This document shows, piece after piece, positions 1 to 14,279 of a DNA stretch of 64,000 nucleotides (positions within the stretch are counted from its first letter, which is position 1; each line of letters opens with the position of its first letter). The notes beneath the pieces were generated by a model. It ran no database searches, was not told the DNA's origin, and worked only from the letters and a program-made list of their open reading frames with translations. The DNA lies in the NCBI GenBank assembly GCA_964016885.1, contig OZ024740.1, forward strand, positions 390,414,001 through 390,478,000, given 5' to 3'. The position numbers were made by a program, and so were the translations under genes. The DNA comes from Eledone cirrhosa (taxonomy: Eukaryota).

Positions 1-690
1 AATGTTTTGCATATTTTGAAGGTGCCAGCTATCGCAGCCATTTGTAGACTATGAATTAGGGAGCTGCGCTTTTTGTCCGCAAATCCAAGTTCGGTCATAC
101 TTTGGTCCAAGCGGGTTGGTATATAACCCGTAGCACCAATAATGATGGGTATGAAGCTAAAGGTGTATCTTGGATACTGGATTTGTAAGCTCCTCATCAA
201 TGGTCCGTAGATGTCCTCCTTTTCCTGTATTTTTCTGACAACGTTTACATCAAGTGGGCAGCTGATCTCCACAACAGAACACGTTTTCAATGTGTGGTCC
301 CAAACTACAATATCAGGCCGGTTGTGCTTTAATTTGGTGGCAGTTTTTATTTTCAGGTTCCACCAGTATTCCTTAGTGCCATCTGTCTCAATATATTCTT
401 CCTCGTTTGTTGTTAATTTTGTTTTCCGAAGTGCGTTCCAGATAGTTCTAGCTATCCCATCGTGTCTCATGGGGAGGTAGTAGCGAGATGACATTCTTTC
501 GCAGCTGGCAACAATGTGGCTTACATCCTCGATCTTTGTTTTACATAGCCTACATTTATTGTCAGCTGCTGGCCCTCCTCTTTTGTGCAGCAGATATTTG
601 GTAGGGAGTTCTTGTTCCTGTATTGCATAGAGATATCCCTCAAGGTGTGATGTCATAAACTTGTCGGAACTCCATGCCAGGCTTCTTGAG
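1..690 (-). mobile_element. R4/Dong-like (RLE-type) non-LTR retrotransposon fragment: CCHC knuckle plus restriction-like endonuclease
   Basis: Manual minus-strand translation reads SLAWSSDKFMTSHLEGYLYAIQEQELPTKY..KCRLCKTKIEDVSHIVASC..RHD..KHNRPDIVVWD..VVEISCP, i.e. CCHC, RHD and PD..E motifs. It runs off the window edge. Confidence 0.85.
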
Positions 691-694
691 TGGT

Positions 695-1336
695 TTCAGA
701 TCGTCTTTCGTATTGCAGCTAGATCTGTTGGTGTCTCGTTTCACTGCGCCCCACACAAAGAAGTCGAGGGGGTTGCAGTCAGGCGAGCTGGGAGGCCAGA
801 TGTCAGGTGAAGTGTGGTCGACGAATTTCTCTGACAGCCAGGCATGGGTCTTTCGGGTGGTATGGCAGGGTGCTGAGTCTTGCTGCCACACGTACGGCCT
901 ACCTGCAGCTACCTGGTCGATCAAGGGTTTTACTACCTCGCTCAGAACGTGGATGTAGCCATCGGTGTTGAGCTTGAGGCCCTCAGGGAAGAAATGAGGT
1001 GGCATGACGTCACCTTGACTGCTGACGACACCTAAGACCAATGTTGTCGCTGGAAACTTTGTCTGCATGACTGGGCACGTCTTTGGATGAGACACCATTC
1101 TCCTGCTGAGAAAGTCTGAAATATCCTTATTTGTCCCCCCGGCGCGGATTCCAAGAAGAACTCCCTGTCTCTTCCACACATTTGGAGGTTCAAAATTATT
1201 CATAATCAATTATTCTGAAAATAAATAATGGAAATATAGTCACTGTTTTTATGAAGACAAGAGTGACAACGGAAGTAAAAAGAAATTGCATAAAATTAGC
1301 AGTTGAAAATTGCGAACAAATATCGTCCACACCCTG
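695..1336 (-). mobile_element. Tc1/mariner DD37D (maT-family) transposon remnant, internally deleted and 3'-truncated
   Basis: ORF 640..1209 contains WQQDSAPCH...WPPSSPDCNPLDFFVW with 37 residues between the last two Asp. A TIR-like end (minus strand TA-CAGGGTGTGGACG) lies at 1336, next to (TA)n. Confidence 0.85.
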
Positions 1337-1361
1337 TATATATATATATATATATATATAT

Positions 1362-1495
1362 ACAGTGTAAACCCCGGAATTCGCTGTCCCGGAATTTTCC
1401 TGATAACCTAGCTAATAATTGTTCGTGGAAACCATCGCATATTTTCGCGAAATCGTAAATGTCTTCCGCGTCTTTTTATGGGTTTTTTCGTGGTA
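1362..1495 (+). mobile_element. possible pogo/Tigger-like MITE end fragment
   Basis: Begins TA-CAGTGTAAACCCCGG after a TA run; no partner TIR seen. Confidence 0.3.
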
Positions 1496-1504
1496 ATATA
1501 TATA

Positions 1505-1610
1505 TATTTCGTTTCTGAATTTGTTTAGCAAGATTCTTTATCTGAAATCGTGTGTTGAAACCGATATTGTTTCTTATTGGCAACATGACCCTCCCAAAGT
1601 ATAACAATAT
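1505..1610. mobile_element. short derivative of the PLE-like element at 37908-38790
   Basis: 1505-1570 matches 37908-37972; 1570-1610 matches 38752-38790. Flanked by TA runs. Confidence 0.7.
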
Positions 1611-1911
1611 ATATATATTTTTCACGCTTTTAAACGCTAAATTATTAATATTAAATCACCGTATTTGCCGGCCTATATTTTACGTTGTTATGACATTTAT
1701 AGGTGACTTTTATGGACCACATCCAATATTCGCGGCTTTTCACTTTTCACGGGTGCTCTAGGAACGTAACTCTCGCGAATACCGAGGACAACAGTATATA
1801 TATATATGCATAGGTATTTGTATGTGTGTGTATATATGCGTGTGTGTGTATGTATACGAGTGATATTCATACATAATATACACACTTTACTACACGTCCC
1901 CTCCCATATTA

Positions 1912-2100
1912 TGTGGATTGGCAGAATCAGTAGAGGGTCGGACGCCATGCTTTGCAGCATAGAGTTACGGTCCTTTATGATCTGAGTTCAAATCCCGCCG
2001 AGGTTAACTTTGCCTTTCATCCTTACGAGGTCGATAAAGTAAAGTACCAGTAATGCACTGAAATAATTGCTGGCCTTGTGCCAAAAGTAGAAACAATTAT
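1912..2100 (+). mobile_element. tRNA-derived SINE (cephalopod family)
   Basis: A-box-like TGGCAGAATCAG, B-box GAGTTCAAATC and body CTTTGCCTTTCATCCTTACGAGGTCGATAAA. About 20 copies or fragments in the window. Confidence 0.85.
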
Positions 2101-2342
2101 TAACTTAATTATCTATTTTTAAATTCTTTAAATTGTATTCTATTCTAGCCTTTTCACCCATTTACTTACTAATTCATTTATCTGTTTATTCATGTACTTC
2201 TATATAATCCATCTTATATTTTCTGAAAATTACTTCTTTACCGTCGAAACCCTGTGTATACATAGTTTTACCTCTCACTTCCTCCACCTTCTATTCTTAT
2301 GACCACTGTATCTCTTCTATTACATTCCTACCTATTGTTTCC

Positions 2343-2925
2343 GTTCTCTGACCCCTCGCCTGTATAGATACACCTAACATTCTCTGACCCCCAGCCTGTA
2401 TAGATACACCTAACATTCTCTGACCCCCTCGCCTGTATAGATACACCTAACATTCTCTGACCCCCAGCCTGTATAGATACACCTAACATTCTCTGACCCC
2501 CAGCCTGTATAGATACACCTAACATTCTCTGACCCCTAGCCTGTATAGATACACCTAACATTCTCTGACCCCCAGCCTGTATAGATACACCTAACATTCT
2601 CTGACCCCCAGCCTGTATAGATACACCTAACATTCTCTGACCCCTCGCCTGTATAGATACACCTAACATTCTCTGACCCCCAGCCTGTATAGATACACCT
2701 AACATTCTCTGACCCCTCGCCTGTATAGATACACCTAACATTCTCTGACTCCTCGCCTGTATAGATACACCTAACATTCTCTGACCCCTAGCCTGTATAG
2801 ATACACCTAACATTCTCTGACCCCTCGCCTGTATAGATACACCTAACATTCTCTGACCCCCAGCCTGTATAGATACACCTAACATTCTCTGACCCCTAGC
2901 CTGTATAGATACACCTAACATTCTC
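2343..2925. repeat. 36-bp minisatellite, about 16 copies
   Basis: Unit TTCTCTGACCCC(TC/CA/TA)GCCTGTATAGATACACCTAACA repeated head to tail. Confidence 0.95.
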
Positions 2926-3058
2926 CACCCTCCACCCTCCCCTTAGCCCACCTTACCACGATGACAAATTTCACCCCAAAGCCACCTATTGACCTATTTC
3001 AACAGACCTTGCAAAAATTCAAAAAAATTGTAAATATTCCTCACCCAGTACACCCTGA

Positions 3059-3535
3059 GATGTTCAACATACATGTTTAGTGTAATGTAGAGAGACATTC
3101 AACATACATGTTTAGTGTAATGTAGAGAGACGTTCAATATACATGTTTAGTAAAATGTAGAGAGACGTTCAATATACATGTTTAGTGTAATGTAGAGAGA
3201 TGTTCAGTATACATGTTTAGTGTAATATAGAGAGACGTTCAATATACATGTTTAGTGTAATATAGAGAGACGTTCAATATACATGTTTAGTGTAATGTAG
3301 AGAGACGTTCAATATACATGTTTAGTGTAATGTAGAGAGACGTTCAATATACATGTTTAGTAAAATGTAGAGAGACGTTCAATATACATGTTTAGTGTAA
3401 TGTAGAGAGATGTTCAGTATACATGTTTAGTAAAATGTAGAGAGACGTTCAATATACATGTTTAGTGTAATGTAGAGAGATGTTCAGTATACATGTTTAG
3501 TGTAATGTAGAGAGATGTTCAGTATACATGTTCAG
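3059..3535. repeat. 35-bp minisatellite, about 13 copies
   Basis: Unit GTTCAATATACATGTTTAGTGTAATGTAGAGAGAC (e.g. starts at 3132 and 3167). Confidence 0.95.
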
Positions 3536-3657
3536 TTTAAAGGCGTGTCAATCAAGAATGAGTACTAACTCCTAGACACGAGAGTCATCCTGGAAGATTT
3601 GACAACTTGATCCCCGAATATAATTCCCATTTTTACTACTTTTATATCAAAATATGC

Positions 3658-3666
3658 TACACACAC

Positions 3667-3729
<63 letters not shown>

Positions 3730-3749
3730 CTCGCTCTCTCTCGCTCTCG

Positions 3750-3785
<36 letters not shown>

Positions 3786-4030
3786 CTCTCTCACACACAC
3801 ACACTCTCTCTCTCTCACACACACACACTCTCTCTCCCTCGCTCTCGCTCTCTCTCGCTCTCTCTCTCTCACACACACACTCTCTCTCTCTTTCTCACAT
3901 ACACACACTCTTTCTCTCTCTCCCACACACACATATACTCACACACCCACACACCCACACCCACACCCACACACACCCACACCCACACACACAAACACAT
4001 ACACATACACAAACACATACACACACACTA
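3658..4030. repeat. compound (CT)n/(CA)n microsatellite
   Basis: Directly visible. Confidence 0.95.
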
Positions 4031-4645
4031 ACAAAGATAAATAACAGGTATTCGTCCCACATGATGTGTTATTTCAAGGTTTGATTTCAAGGTTCTGTAT
4101 AACTTGATAGAAGTTTCTATTGCCAAGGCTTATGTGCTTAATGTGTAACTGACTTTTGATTGAACTGTAACGTATCTACTTAGTTAAAATCTCATGATTA
4201 CATGTTTGAGTTGATAGAAAGAAGAAAGCTTTGATAAATCAATAATCATGATGTCATTGATTTATGATTGGCATCTATAACAAGGAAGACATTTCAATAG
4301 GTACCCTAAAACATACTAGAGAGAATCTGTGGTTGCAATTAAAAAATCGAATACTATTAATACTATTAATACTATTAACATATGCTCCCACCTCTTTACC
4401 AAGCCAAGTCAGGTACTTATCTGACTATCTATATTCTCTTCTAGATGACGGGTTCTAGATGACTGGTTAGTTAATGCTAATTATGTTGTTACTGATATAT
4501 TAAGGCACTACAACTTACTCTGTCTAATTAAGTGAAACAAAATAAACATTTTCTTGGGGGGGGGGGGGTGAGGAAAACTTGGATCTAACTTCCCCTTCAA
4601 ATTGCTGGCCTTGTGTCTAAAACAGAAGCCATTATTTGTTATATG

Positions 4646-4855
4646 AGGGCGGTGAATTGGCAGAATCGGAAGAGCGTCGGAAAATATGCTTCGCAGCATA
4701 GAGTTACGGCCCTTTGCGTTCTCAGTTCAAGTCCCGCCGAGGTTAGCTTTCGGGGTCGATAAAATAAAGCACCAGTAATGCACTGGGGTCGATTCAATCG
4801 ACTTTCCTTTCCCCTTCAAATTGCTGGCCTTGTGCCTAAAGTAGAAACAATTATG
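4646..4855 (+). mobile_element. tRNA-derived SINE, longer-tail variant; a further SINE tail fragment at ~4580-4635
   Basis: GGGCGGTGAATTGGCAG...GTTCAAGTCCCGCCGAGG...GCTGGCCTTGTGCCTAAAGTAGAAAC. Confidence 0.8.
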
Positions 4856-5099
4856 TTATTTGCTGTATCTAATATGAATGCTTTTCCTCTATACGTTGCA
4901 ATACTACCAGAGTGAAGTCCTTTACCTCAGTGTGATGAAATAAGTATTGCTAAGAAATATGGATATAATAAACAGTGCATGATTATCCAGTTTTAGAAAG
5001 GGCTATTTCAAATCTAAAGCTTGAATGTGAAAATGGTTAGAAGAAACCTTATACTTTTCAGGCCAAAGGGAACCCAGACTAGTACCGTGTGGTATTCTC

Positions 5100-6110
5100 C
5101 TTATTAGACATTTTTTGTGTAGGGTTCGTTCTGGCTTCCACTATTTAACTTTGGCCTTTCACGTAATCGGGTGTCAAATTACCCAACCTTCCAATTTGCC
5201 AAAGATTTTGAACCTGTAACATAAGATTCAATGGTTGATCTTGTTAAAGAATTTGGAGATGAAATTTGATCTTTACAGGAGACTCTGTAGAATTTTGTTG
5301 TATTGTTTTCGATATTGTATCCGGTACTTTTTTCCAGGTCGGAATCTTTTCTGATTGTTACTACAAAATTTCCGTTCCAAATAATTTAGTGGATGTCTGC
5401 ATTTGATTGATTCTCTTCATGATATTCAAAGGAGGAATGTATGTGACACTGATCTGTACTTGTTTTACTATGTCTGATAACCATTTTCAGGAATCGGAGT
5501 TATTTATACTTTCAATCCATCTGATAGTCATCTAGCATCTTGAGTGCTCTGATAAGCTATTTTCAGAGAATTTGCTAGACTAGTTCTGCTATATCTAGTT
5601 ATGTTAGGTTTACATTTCTTAGGTTGCTACGAAAAGTTATTGTTTGGTATCAGTGTGTTCAATATTAGGCTTTTTTTCTAGGATAGAAAAATATGTTTTT
5701 GCATTCTCCTAATAGCAAATCAGGGAAGGTTCATTCGTATACGATGGAATTTGACATAAAGGAAAACAATTTTGGTTTCAAAACTAGAGACCCACATAAT
5801 AGAAGAGCGCTTTTAAACTTCAGTTTATTGGCATAACAGCCTTGAGTTCTTTTCTTCATTTTTCTTTTTATCTATGAGCAGTGCATTTTGAAAGAATTTT
5901 CTCTCAACTTTCTTTTAGTTTTATCCGTATGAAAGCTTTATTTTTGAGGTCTTCAGTGCTTGCTATTGAAGATTTAGATGTGTCTGGGAATAGTATTCGT
6001 TGCCAGCAAACAGTTTTAAACATTTCTTTGAAATATTGAATACTTTAGATTTTACAATACTGTAAAAAATGTACAACATTTGTACCATTGGCACAAGAAA
6101 CACATTTCTT
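5100..6110 (-). mobile_element. possible highly decayed retroelement coding remnant (PLE N-terminal-like)
   Basis: Non-repetitive block whose minus-strand frames are Lys-rich and full of stops; no diagnostic motif. Confidence 0.25.
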
Positions 6111-6552
6111 GTAGAGAGATTTTTTATTATCGATTATATCAACTTTTCTAATCGACTGGTACGTATTCCATCGATCTCGGTGGGGTAAAAGGTAAGGACG
6201 GGTCCAACAGAATTCCAATCGAGAAAATAACAGAACAAAATTGAATATCTTAAGGTGTTTTGTTCGGCGTTCTTTAAAATCAGGTAATTCGCTATTTGTC
6301 TCATAAGGGAATTGTTTATGCTAGCATAGGATGACACATTTGTAAGAAAAAGGTAGAGTCTATTGAACTGATCTCAGTAAATTATTGGAACGTAGTTTAT
6401 TGGCTTTCGGAGGAATTAAAGTACAAGTCGAATATGAAAAGTTGGGATAATGCAGCTTAAAACCCGAAGGGAGCTGCCAAAATGGTGTAAAGCACATCTT
6501 TCTGGTATTCAGCGGCTACTGCAAATCCACGAGTGCAATTTAGTAGAAATCT

Positions 6553-6686
<134 letters not shown>

Positions 6687-7570
6687 CATAACACAACACT
6701 ACTCGCACACAACACGCACGTACACACACACACTCAAAGTAAACATAAGTATACAGAATACAAACACACACAAATATGAATACTCATATACAAGCAGACT
6801 CAGAAACAGAAACATACAATCACACAAAAGCAGACACACATACATATACATACATAAACACAGATGCCAAAGGAATTATTTGTATCATTGTCACTATTAC
6901 GTGTGGGTCATATCACACATAACACTTCTACTTAATATTACACTATAGGTGATATTATTAGAATATCGAAGAAGTATCGAAAATTGCCACTCCTTGACCT
7001 TTTTCTCACACATGGGTGGCACGAACACGACATTTTAGCCATCTCAATGATTTATATTCCTTTCTGTATATGCTGCAGCGAAAGAAAAAAAAAGTCCAGT
7101 CCATGCTCACGCAACAGTTGTTTAGATCAAATGATGCCTGTGCTGGAAGCTTTTTTAAGTTAAGATAGGCCTTATACTGGACCTATACTATTCTGAACAA
7201 CTGTAACAGATATCCGAAAAGAAGAACAGGCCAACACCATTTGTTGCAATCGAGTCACAGGTTTTACATCAGAGTTTTTCTTCTTCTAGAATGATGTCCT
7301 AACAAGAACTAGAAATCTCTTACTCCTGGTGGACTAAGCGTGCGCTCAGACAAATAGAAATACATACATATATGCATGCATAAATATATATACATACATG
7401 CACACATACATACATACATACATGCATGCATACATACATACATGCATGCATACATACATGCATGCATACATACATACACATATATTAGGCCGTAGAGATA
7501 CATACATACATACACGGATGCATGCATACATACATCCATCCATCCATCCATCCATCCATACATACATACA

Positions 7571-7869
7571 TGGTGGCTGCCAACTCGTTTTCGAGTACGG
7601 CCACTACTTTATATCCATGTAGGAGAACCCCTACCGATGCGCTGAACGAGTGTGACTTTTTAGTCCAGCCAGCGACTTGAAAACTCTGGTACAAACACTA
7701 CACTTGTGACAATTATTGACACATAGTGCTGGGCACATGGTACCATGTGACGACAAGTGCAGAGATATCTCCAGATATAAAGCAATGCCTGTGCCGTGAA
7801 GCTTTTATAGTGAGCAAAGGCACTGCACAAAGCCAGTCCCACTCTCTTAACCAAGACGATATTTACCAA
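7571..7869 (-). mobile_element. RTE-derived non-autonomous element, 3' half; a more decayed copy at ~7085-7310
   Basis: Near-identical to 9146-9445; flanked by (CATA)n. Confidence 0.8.
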
Positions 7870-7899
7870 AATACATACATACATACATACATACATACA

Positions 7900-7930
<31 letters not shown>

Positions 7931-8344
7931 TAGGTCGTAGACATATATTGAGTATATGGAGAAGTCATAAATGAGCTAAGATGAGAAACTGAAATATTGA
8001 TTGTACTTATGTAAGATTGTAAAACCATGAAAGCTAAAGTTGCACAATGTATTTCCAAGCGTACGAATCATAATAAATTAGCTCTGTTTATATATATAGC
8101 GCACTTCCTTTTCCTTTTCCACAAAATCTTTATAGGCCCTTGACCACTCCATACCAAATGGAACAACTAATTTAGTTGAAGCCGCTTACGCTCTACCCCA
8201 TTTTTAAATAAGAAGAAAAAAGAAAAAGGAAATGATTTAAAAAAAATGTTATGAAATAATTTTAATGGAACATATTTTACACAGGTTAACATTCATGAAA
8301 ACAGTGGTCGTTTGAATGGCTAAAATAACAGACAAATATTCTCA

Positions 8345-8782
8345 AATCTCTATATACAAAGTTGTATTCCTGTCTGTTTGTTTGTTCACGAAGTACTCCT
8401 ATGGTTTTGGAGATAGACCCCCATAACCGTATATATTCTGAAACTACATTGCCCAGGGTACTTGGATAAGTATATTTCATTTTAATCAAAGGGTTCCGTG
8501 GGGGCACAAACCATCGCTTAAAATCCCCGCTGAAAAAGTTTTCCCTTTGATTTATATGAAATTTAAACCATCGGTAAATGACAAGATATGATGCCTATTC
8601 ACAAAATTTCAGCAAATTTCAATAATATTAAGACACCCTAATGGGGGTTAAACCCCCTATAGTGAAAATTTTGGCCAATAAATGGAACAAGATTTCACGA
8701 ACTCCTCCTGTGGTTTTGGAGATAGACCCTCATAACCATATATATATTCTGAAATACATTGCCCAGGGTACTTAGATAAGTA
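8345..8782 (+). mobile_element. possible Helitron/Helentron-like non-autonomous remnant with internal duplication
   Basis: Starts TCTCTATATACAAAG..GTCTGTTTGT; ~90 bp repeated at ~8386-8475 and ~8696-8782. Confidence 0.35.
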
Positions 8783-9145
8783 TAAATAATAAAGATCACA
8801 TGATTGTCCTCTCCTACCCAGTTTTCATAAACATATATTGAAAAACGAAAACTAAAATATTGGTGACAGAACAGCGATTTTGGAATATAGCGAGTGATAT
8901 CAACGATAATATTACAGTTACTATAGAACTTTGAAAGAAATAAAGACAACATGGTTATAGCAATTCTGATTTTAAAGAAAGGAAGGAAATACTGGCCATA
9001 TATAGAGGAGAGAATCTACGACCAAGCTCGCCTCAAAGCAGACCTATATATGTGATTTACAGCACATCAAATTACATTTACATAATAGAACAACATATAT
9101 ATAATGGAACAGCTGTAGTAAAAGATGACAAACATACATACATAC

Positions 9146-9749
9146 ATGGTGACTGCCAACTCGTTTTCGAGTACGGCCACTACTTTATATCCATGTAGGA
9201 GAACCCCTACCGATGCGCTGAACGAGTGTGACTTTTTAGTCCAGCCAGCGACTTGAAAACTCTGGTACAAACACCCCACTTGTGACCATTATTGACATAT
9301 AGTGCTGGGCCCATGGTACATGTGATGACAAGTGCAGAGATATCTCCAGATATAAAGCAATGCCTGTGCCGTGAAGCTTTTATAGTGAGCAAAGGCACTG
9401 CACAAAGCCAGTCCCACTCTCTTAACCAAGATGATATTTACCAAAAAGAAGAACAAGTCAACATCATTGGATACCATCAGAGTTGCAGGTGTTATATCAG
9501 AGTTTTCCTTCTCCTAGAATTCTGCCTTGACAAAGGCTAAGGGGTCATCTCTCCCTGTGATTTTGGATGGCCATTGACTCTTAAGAGCTCCTTTGCCCTT
9601 TGACAGGTCTTGTTTTTAGTCCTGCAGGATGTCCAAAGTCACCCTCCTCACCAAGAAACCTTGGTGGGGTTGCCAGTTTCGTCGCCAACGACCCGACCAT
9701 GAGCCAGGTTGTACTGGGATACATGTTACCAGTAGCACCAACTGGTGAC
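9146..9749 (-). mobile_element. ~600-bp RTE-derived non-autonomous retroelement, full copy
   Basis: RTE-like 5' UTR motif GGAGAAGGAAAACTCTGAT joined to a 3' C2H2-like remnant (VCTRVFKSLAGLKSHTRSAHR*) and an (ATGT)n tail. Confidence 0.75.
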
Positions 9750-9870
9750 ATACATACATACATGTATACGTACATAGATACATATATAAATACATGCATA
9801 CATACAAGAATACATACATGCATACATACATATATACATCCATACATACATACATATATACATATATACA

Positions 9871-9953
<83 letters not shown>

Positions 9954-10092
9954 GAGTTAAACAAGATTCAATGAGTATATCAAAGAATGAGTTTTACAGT
10001 AGATTGGAAGCACTCTATGGTAAATAATTTTCCAGAGTTATTAATATTAAAATACAAATATTAATAAAATAGATGTTCTTTTGATCAATTAC

Positions 10093-10146
10093 ATTTTATT
10101 ATACATATTTCGGATGTACAACAGTACGTCCTCATCAGACAAAATA
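10093..10146 (-). ncRNA. type I hammerhead ribozyme, PLE-associated
   Basis: Minus strand: ATTTTGT CTGATGA GGACGTAC TGTT GTACATCC GAA ATATGTAT A^ATAAAAT. It sits within an inverted-repeat element at ~9948-10232 that has a relative at 53620-53810. Confidence 0.75.
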
Positions 10147-10225
10147 TAATGATACATGACATACCCGAAGTATGTATAATAAAATGTAATTGATCAAAAG
10201 AACATCTATTTTATTAATATTTGTA

Positions 10226-10259
<34 letters not shown>

Positions 10260-10639
10260 CGCACATACACACATATGATGTATATATATATATATGTATA
10301 TGTGTGTATGTGTGTGTGTGTGTGTATGTATGTATGCATGTATGTATGAATGTATGTGGTGGTGATATTGGTGAAGTTATGTGTATTTCATGGCATTGGT
10401 ATACATTTCCGGGCGCAGCTTACGGTTCTGTTTTAGAAGGGTATCCCGTCACTTTGCTCCAATCAGGCATACAATCTCTGTTGGGGAAAATAGTTGTAGC
10501 TCTCATGTTTTTACTAAGGCAACGATGTTTTGAAAGCATAGAATCGAAACTAAATAGGCAGCTTGCCTCCCTTCCCTCTACACTCCTAATAGATAGCCAT
10601 ACATAGATGATATATTTATAAGTATATGTATGTATGTAT

Positions 10640-10697
<58 letters not shown>

Positions 10698-10700
10698 ATA

Positions 10701-10844
<144 letters not shown>

Positions 10845-11251
10845 TGAGAGACGTAAAATAAGAAAATTATAAAATTAACTTATAAATATACACTACTACT
10901 CTTTTACCTGTTCAATATATATATATATATATATACAAAATAAAAAAAGTTATATACATATGTATATATATATATGTATGTGTGTGTGTGTGTGTGTGTG
11001 TGCATATATATATATATACGTAGAGGTGACAGAGAGAAACAACCGACACCATTGTTTCTGGGTTATTGGTCTTTGTCAAGATTGCGTATATTAGAACTCT
11101 TGAAAATGTATAGTATTCTCTAAAGTATACATCGTCTGATTAGCATAATTTTCTCCCTGTCACCGCTAGAACAAAAAGATGGCGATGGTCATCTAGAAAC
11201 ATAATATAGTGAGGCTGTGTGCTTGCAAACGAATCGAATATTATTATTATT

Positions 11252-11628
11252 AGGGCGGTGGATTGCAGCATAGAGTTACGGCTCTTTATGATCTGAGCTC
11301 AAATCCCGCCGAGGTTAACTTTGCCTTTCATCCTTATGGGGTCGATAAAATAAAGTACCAGTCACGCACTGGGGTCGATTTAATCGACTTTCCCCTCCCA
11401 CCAAATTACTGGCCTTGTGCCCATATAAGAAACCATTGTGGATTGGCAGTAGCAGTAGAGGGTCGGACGCCATGCTTTGACACAAAGAGTTACGTCCCTT
11501 TACGATCTGAGTTCAAATCCCGCCGAGGTTAACTTTGCCTTTCATCTTTACGGGGTCGATAAAATAAAGTACCAGTAATGCACTGGGTAATTTCTGGCCT
11601 TGTGCCAAAAGGAGAAACAATTATTATT
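11252..11628 (+). mobile_element. two tandem tRNA-derived SINE copies
   Basis: Family consensus at ~11252-11435 and ~11437-11628. Confidence 0.85.
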
Positions 11629-11726
11629 CGATATAAAACTCACAAATGCATTGACGTATCTGCTGTGTTAGAGCGAAAAACCAAATCCAAATTATATATA
11701 TATATATATTTATATATATACATAAA

Positions 11727-12861
<1,135 letters not shown>

Positions 12862-13823
12862 AATAACGTGTGGCTGTCGCCGACATCTACATAATGAAAC
12901 AGACATCTTGATCACGGCTAAAATGTAAGCTACATCTGCTCTTATTGATGATATTATTGTAAGAAATACAAAACAAAAACCACAATAACGACAACAACAA
13001 CAAAAATTCAGAAATAAGAAATTTTCCTGGATGCAACAGGAAAAAAGAAAACACGAAACGAAAAAGAAAAAAGTATTATCGCTAGTTAACTTTTTGCTTC
13101 ACCACCTCAGCTGAAGATTATCTTGTATCATCCTCAACTTTCTCTTGGTCTCTTACCCCCCCCCCCCTATCTCCGCATGCCTTATTTTCCATCTGTTTAC
13201 TCTCTCTCTCTTTCACTCTCTCTCTCGCCCCCTCTCTCCTTCTCCCCTCTCTCCCTCTCTCCTCCCTCTCTCCCTCTCTCCCTCTCTCTTGCTACCAACC
13301 CCCATGAACTTGTATTCTGTCTAACAACCATACATCCTTTCTACGTACAATAAATAAATAAATAACCATATTATAAACGCACGCAGTCATGCACGTACGC
13401 GTAGAAGTACGCGTGTGCATATGCACCCACGCATGTGCACATGTACTTTAGTGAGTGCGCGTGCACACACACACAACCGTGCGACACACACACACACACA
13501 TATGTGTGTGTGTGTGTGCGTGTGTATTTGTGTGTATATATATACACCACATCTGCTCTCCAGCATGGTATCGTTCCTAAACTTTTTTTGTTTCTTATCC
13601 TTTTCTTTCTTTGCGAGACTTACTTTGATAAAATGCGAGACGTACTTACTGTTTAGCGTGAAACGTCAGACCCATCTTCTTTTTCTATTCGATGCAAATA
13701 TTTCCACACTACATATATTATTCATAATTTTGTGCATAGATTTTCTTAGCCATGTAGCTACTTTTGGCAGTTTTGCGTCACTTTATTTTAAACTCTCACA
13801 TTTCAACTTGTCTTTTTGTGACG

Positions 13824-13960
<137 letters not shown>

Positions 13961-14055
13961 GTAAAAGGTAAACAGAAATAACAACACAATCGGTACAGTA
14001 TATGGAAGGTATATATTAGATTAACGCTTGATATAGCAGGAAGATGGTCTTAACA

Positions 14056-14095
14056 TTTCTTAACGTTTCGGACGCTAGTCCTTCATCAGAAGAAA
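14056..14095 (-). ncRNA. minimal type I hammerhead ribozyme
   Basis: Minus strand: TTTCTT CTGATGA A GGAC TAGC GTCC GAA ACGT T^AAGAAA. A homologous copy with weak stem I is at ~58989-59022. Confidence 0.7.
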
Positions 14096-14128
14096 GAATG
14101 AGATATGAAATAGATTGAGGGGACGGAT

Positions 14129-14279
<151 letters not shown>

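Noticed and set aside
640-1209. intact transposase gene
   Set aside because: Internally deleted, missing the first catalytic Asp region and the C-terminus; its tail reads out of frame into the R4-like fragment.
1912-2000. tRNA genes at SINE heads
   Set aside because: A and B boxes are present, but they run into the SINE body and no complete cloverleaf is evident.
2328-2921. 197-aa repetitive ORF, or a CRISPR-like array
   Set aside because: It is a 36-bp minisatellite that lacks stops in one frame. There are no unique spacers and no cas genes.
9292-9540. recurrent ~80-aa ORFs (also 47899, 48742, 62760)
   Set aside because: They recur only because the non-autonomous repeat copies are young; antisense to the element and without a recognisable domain.
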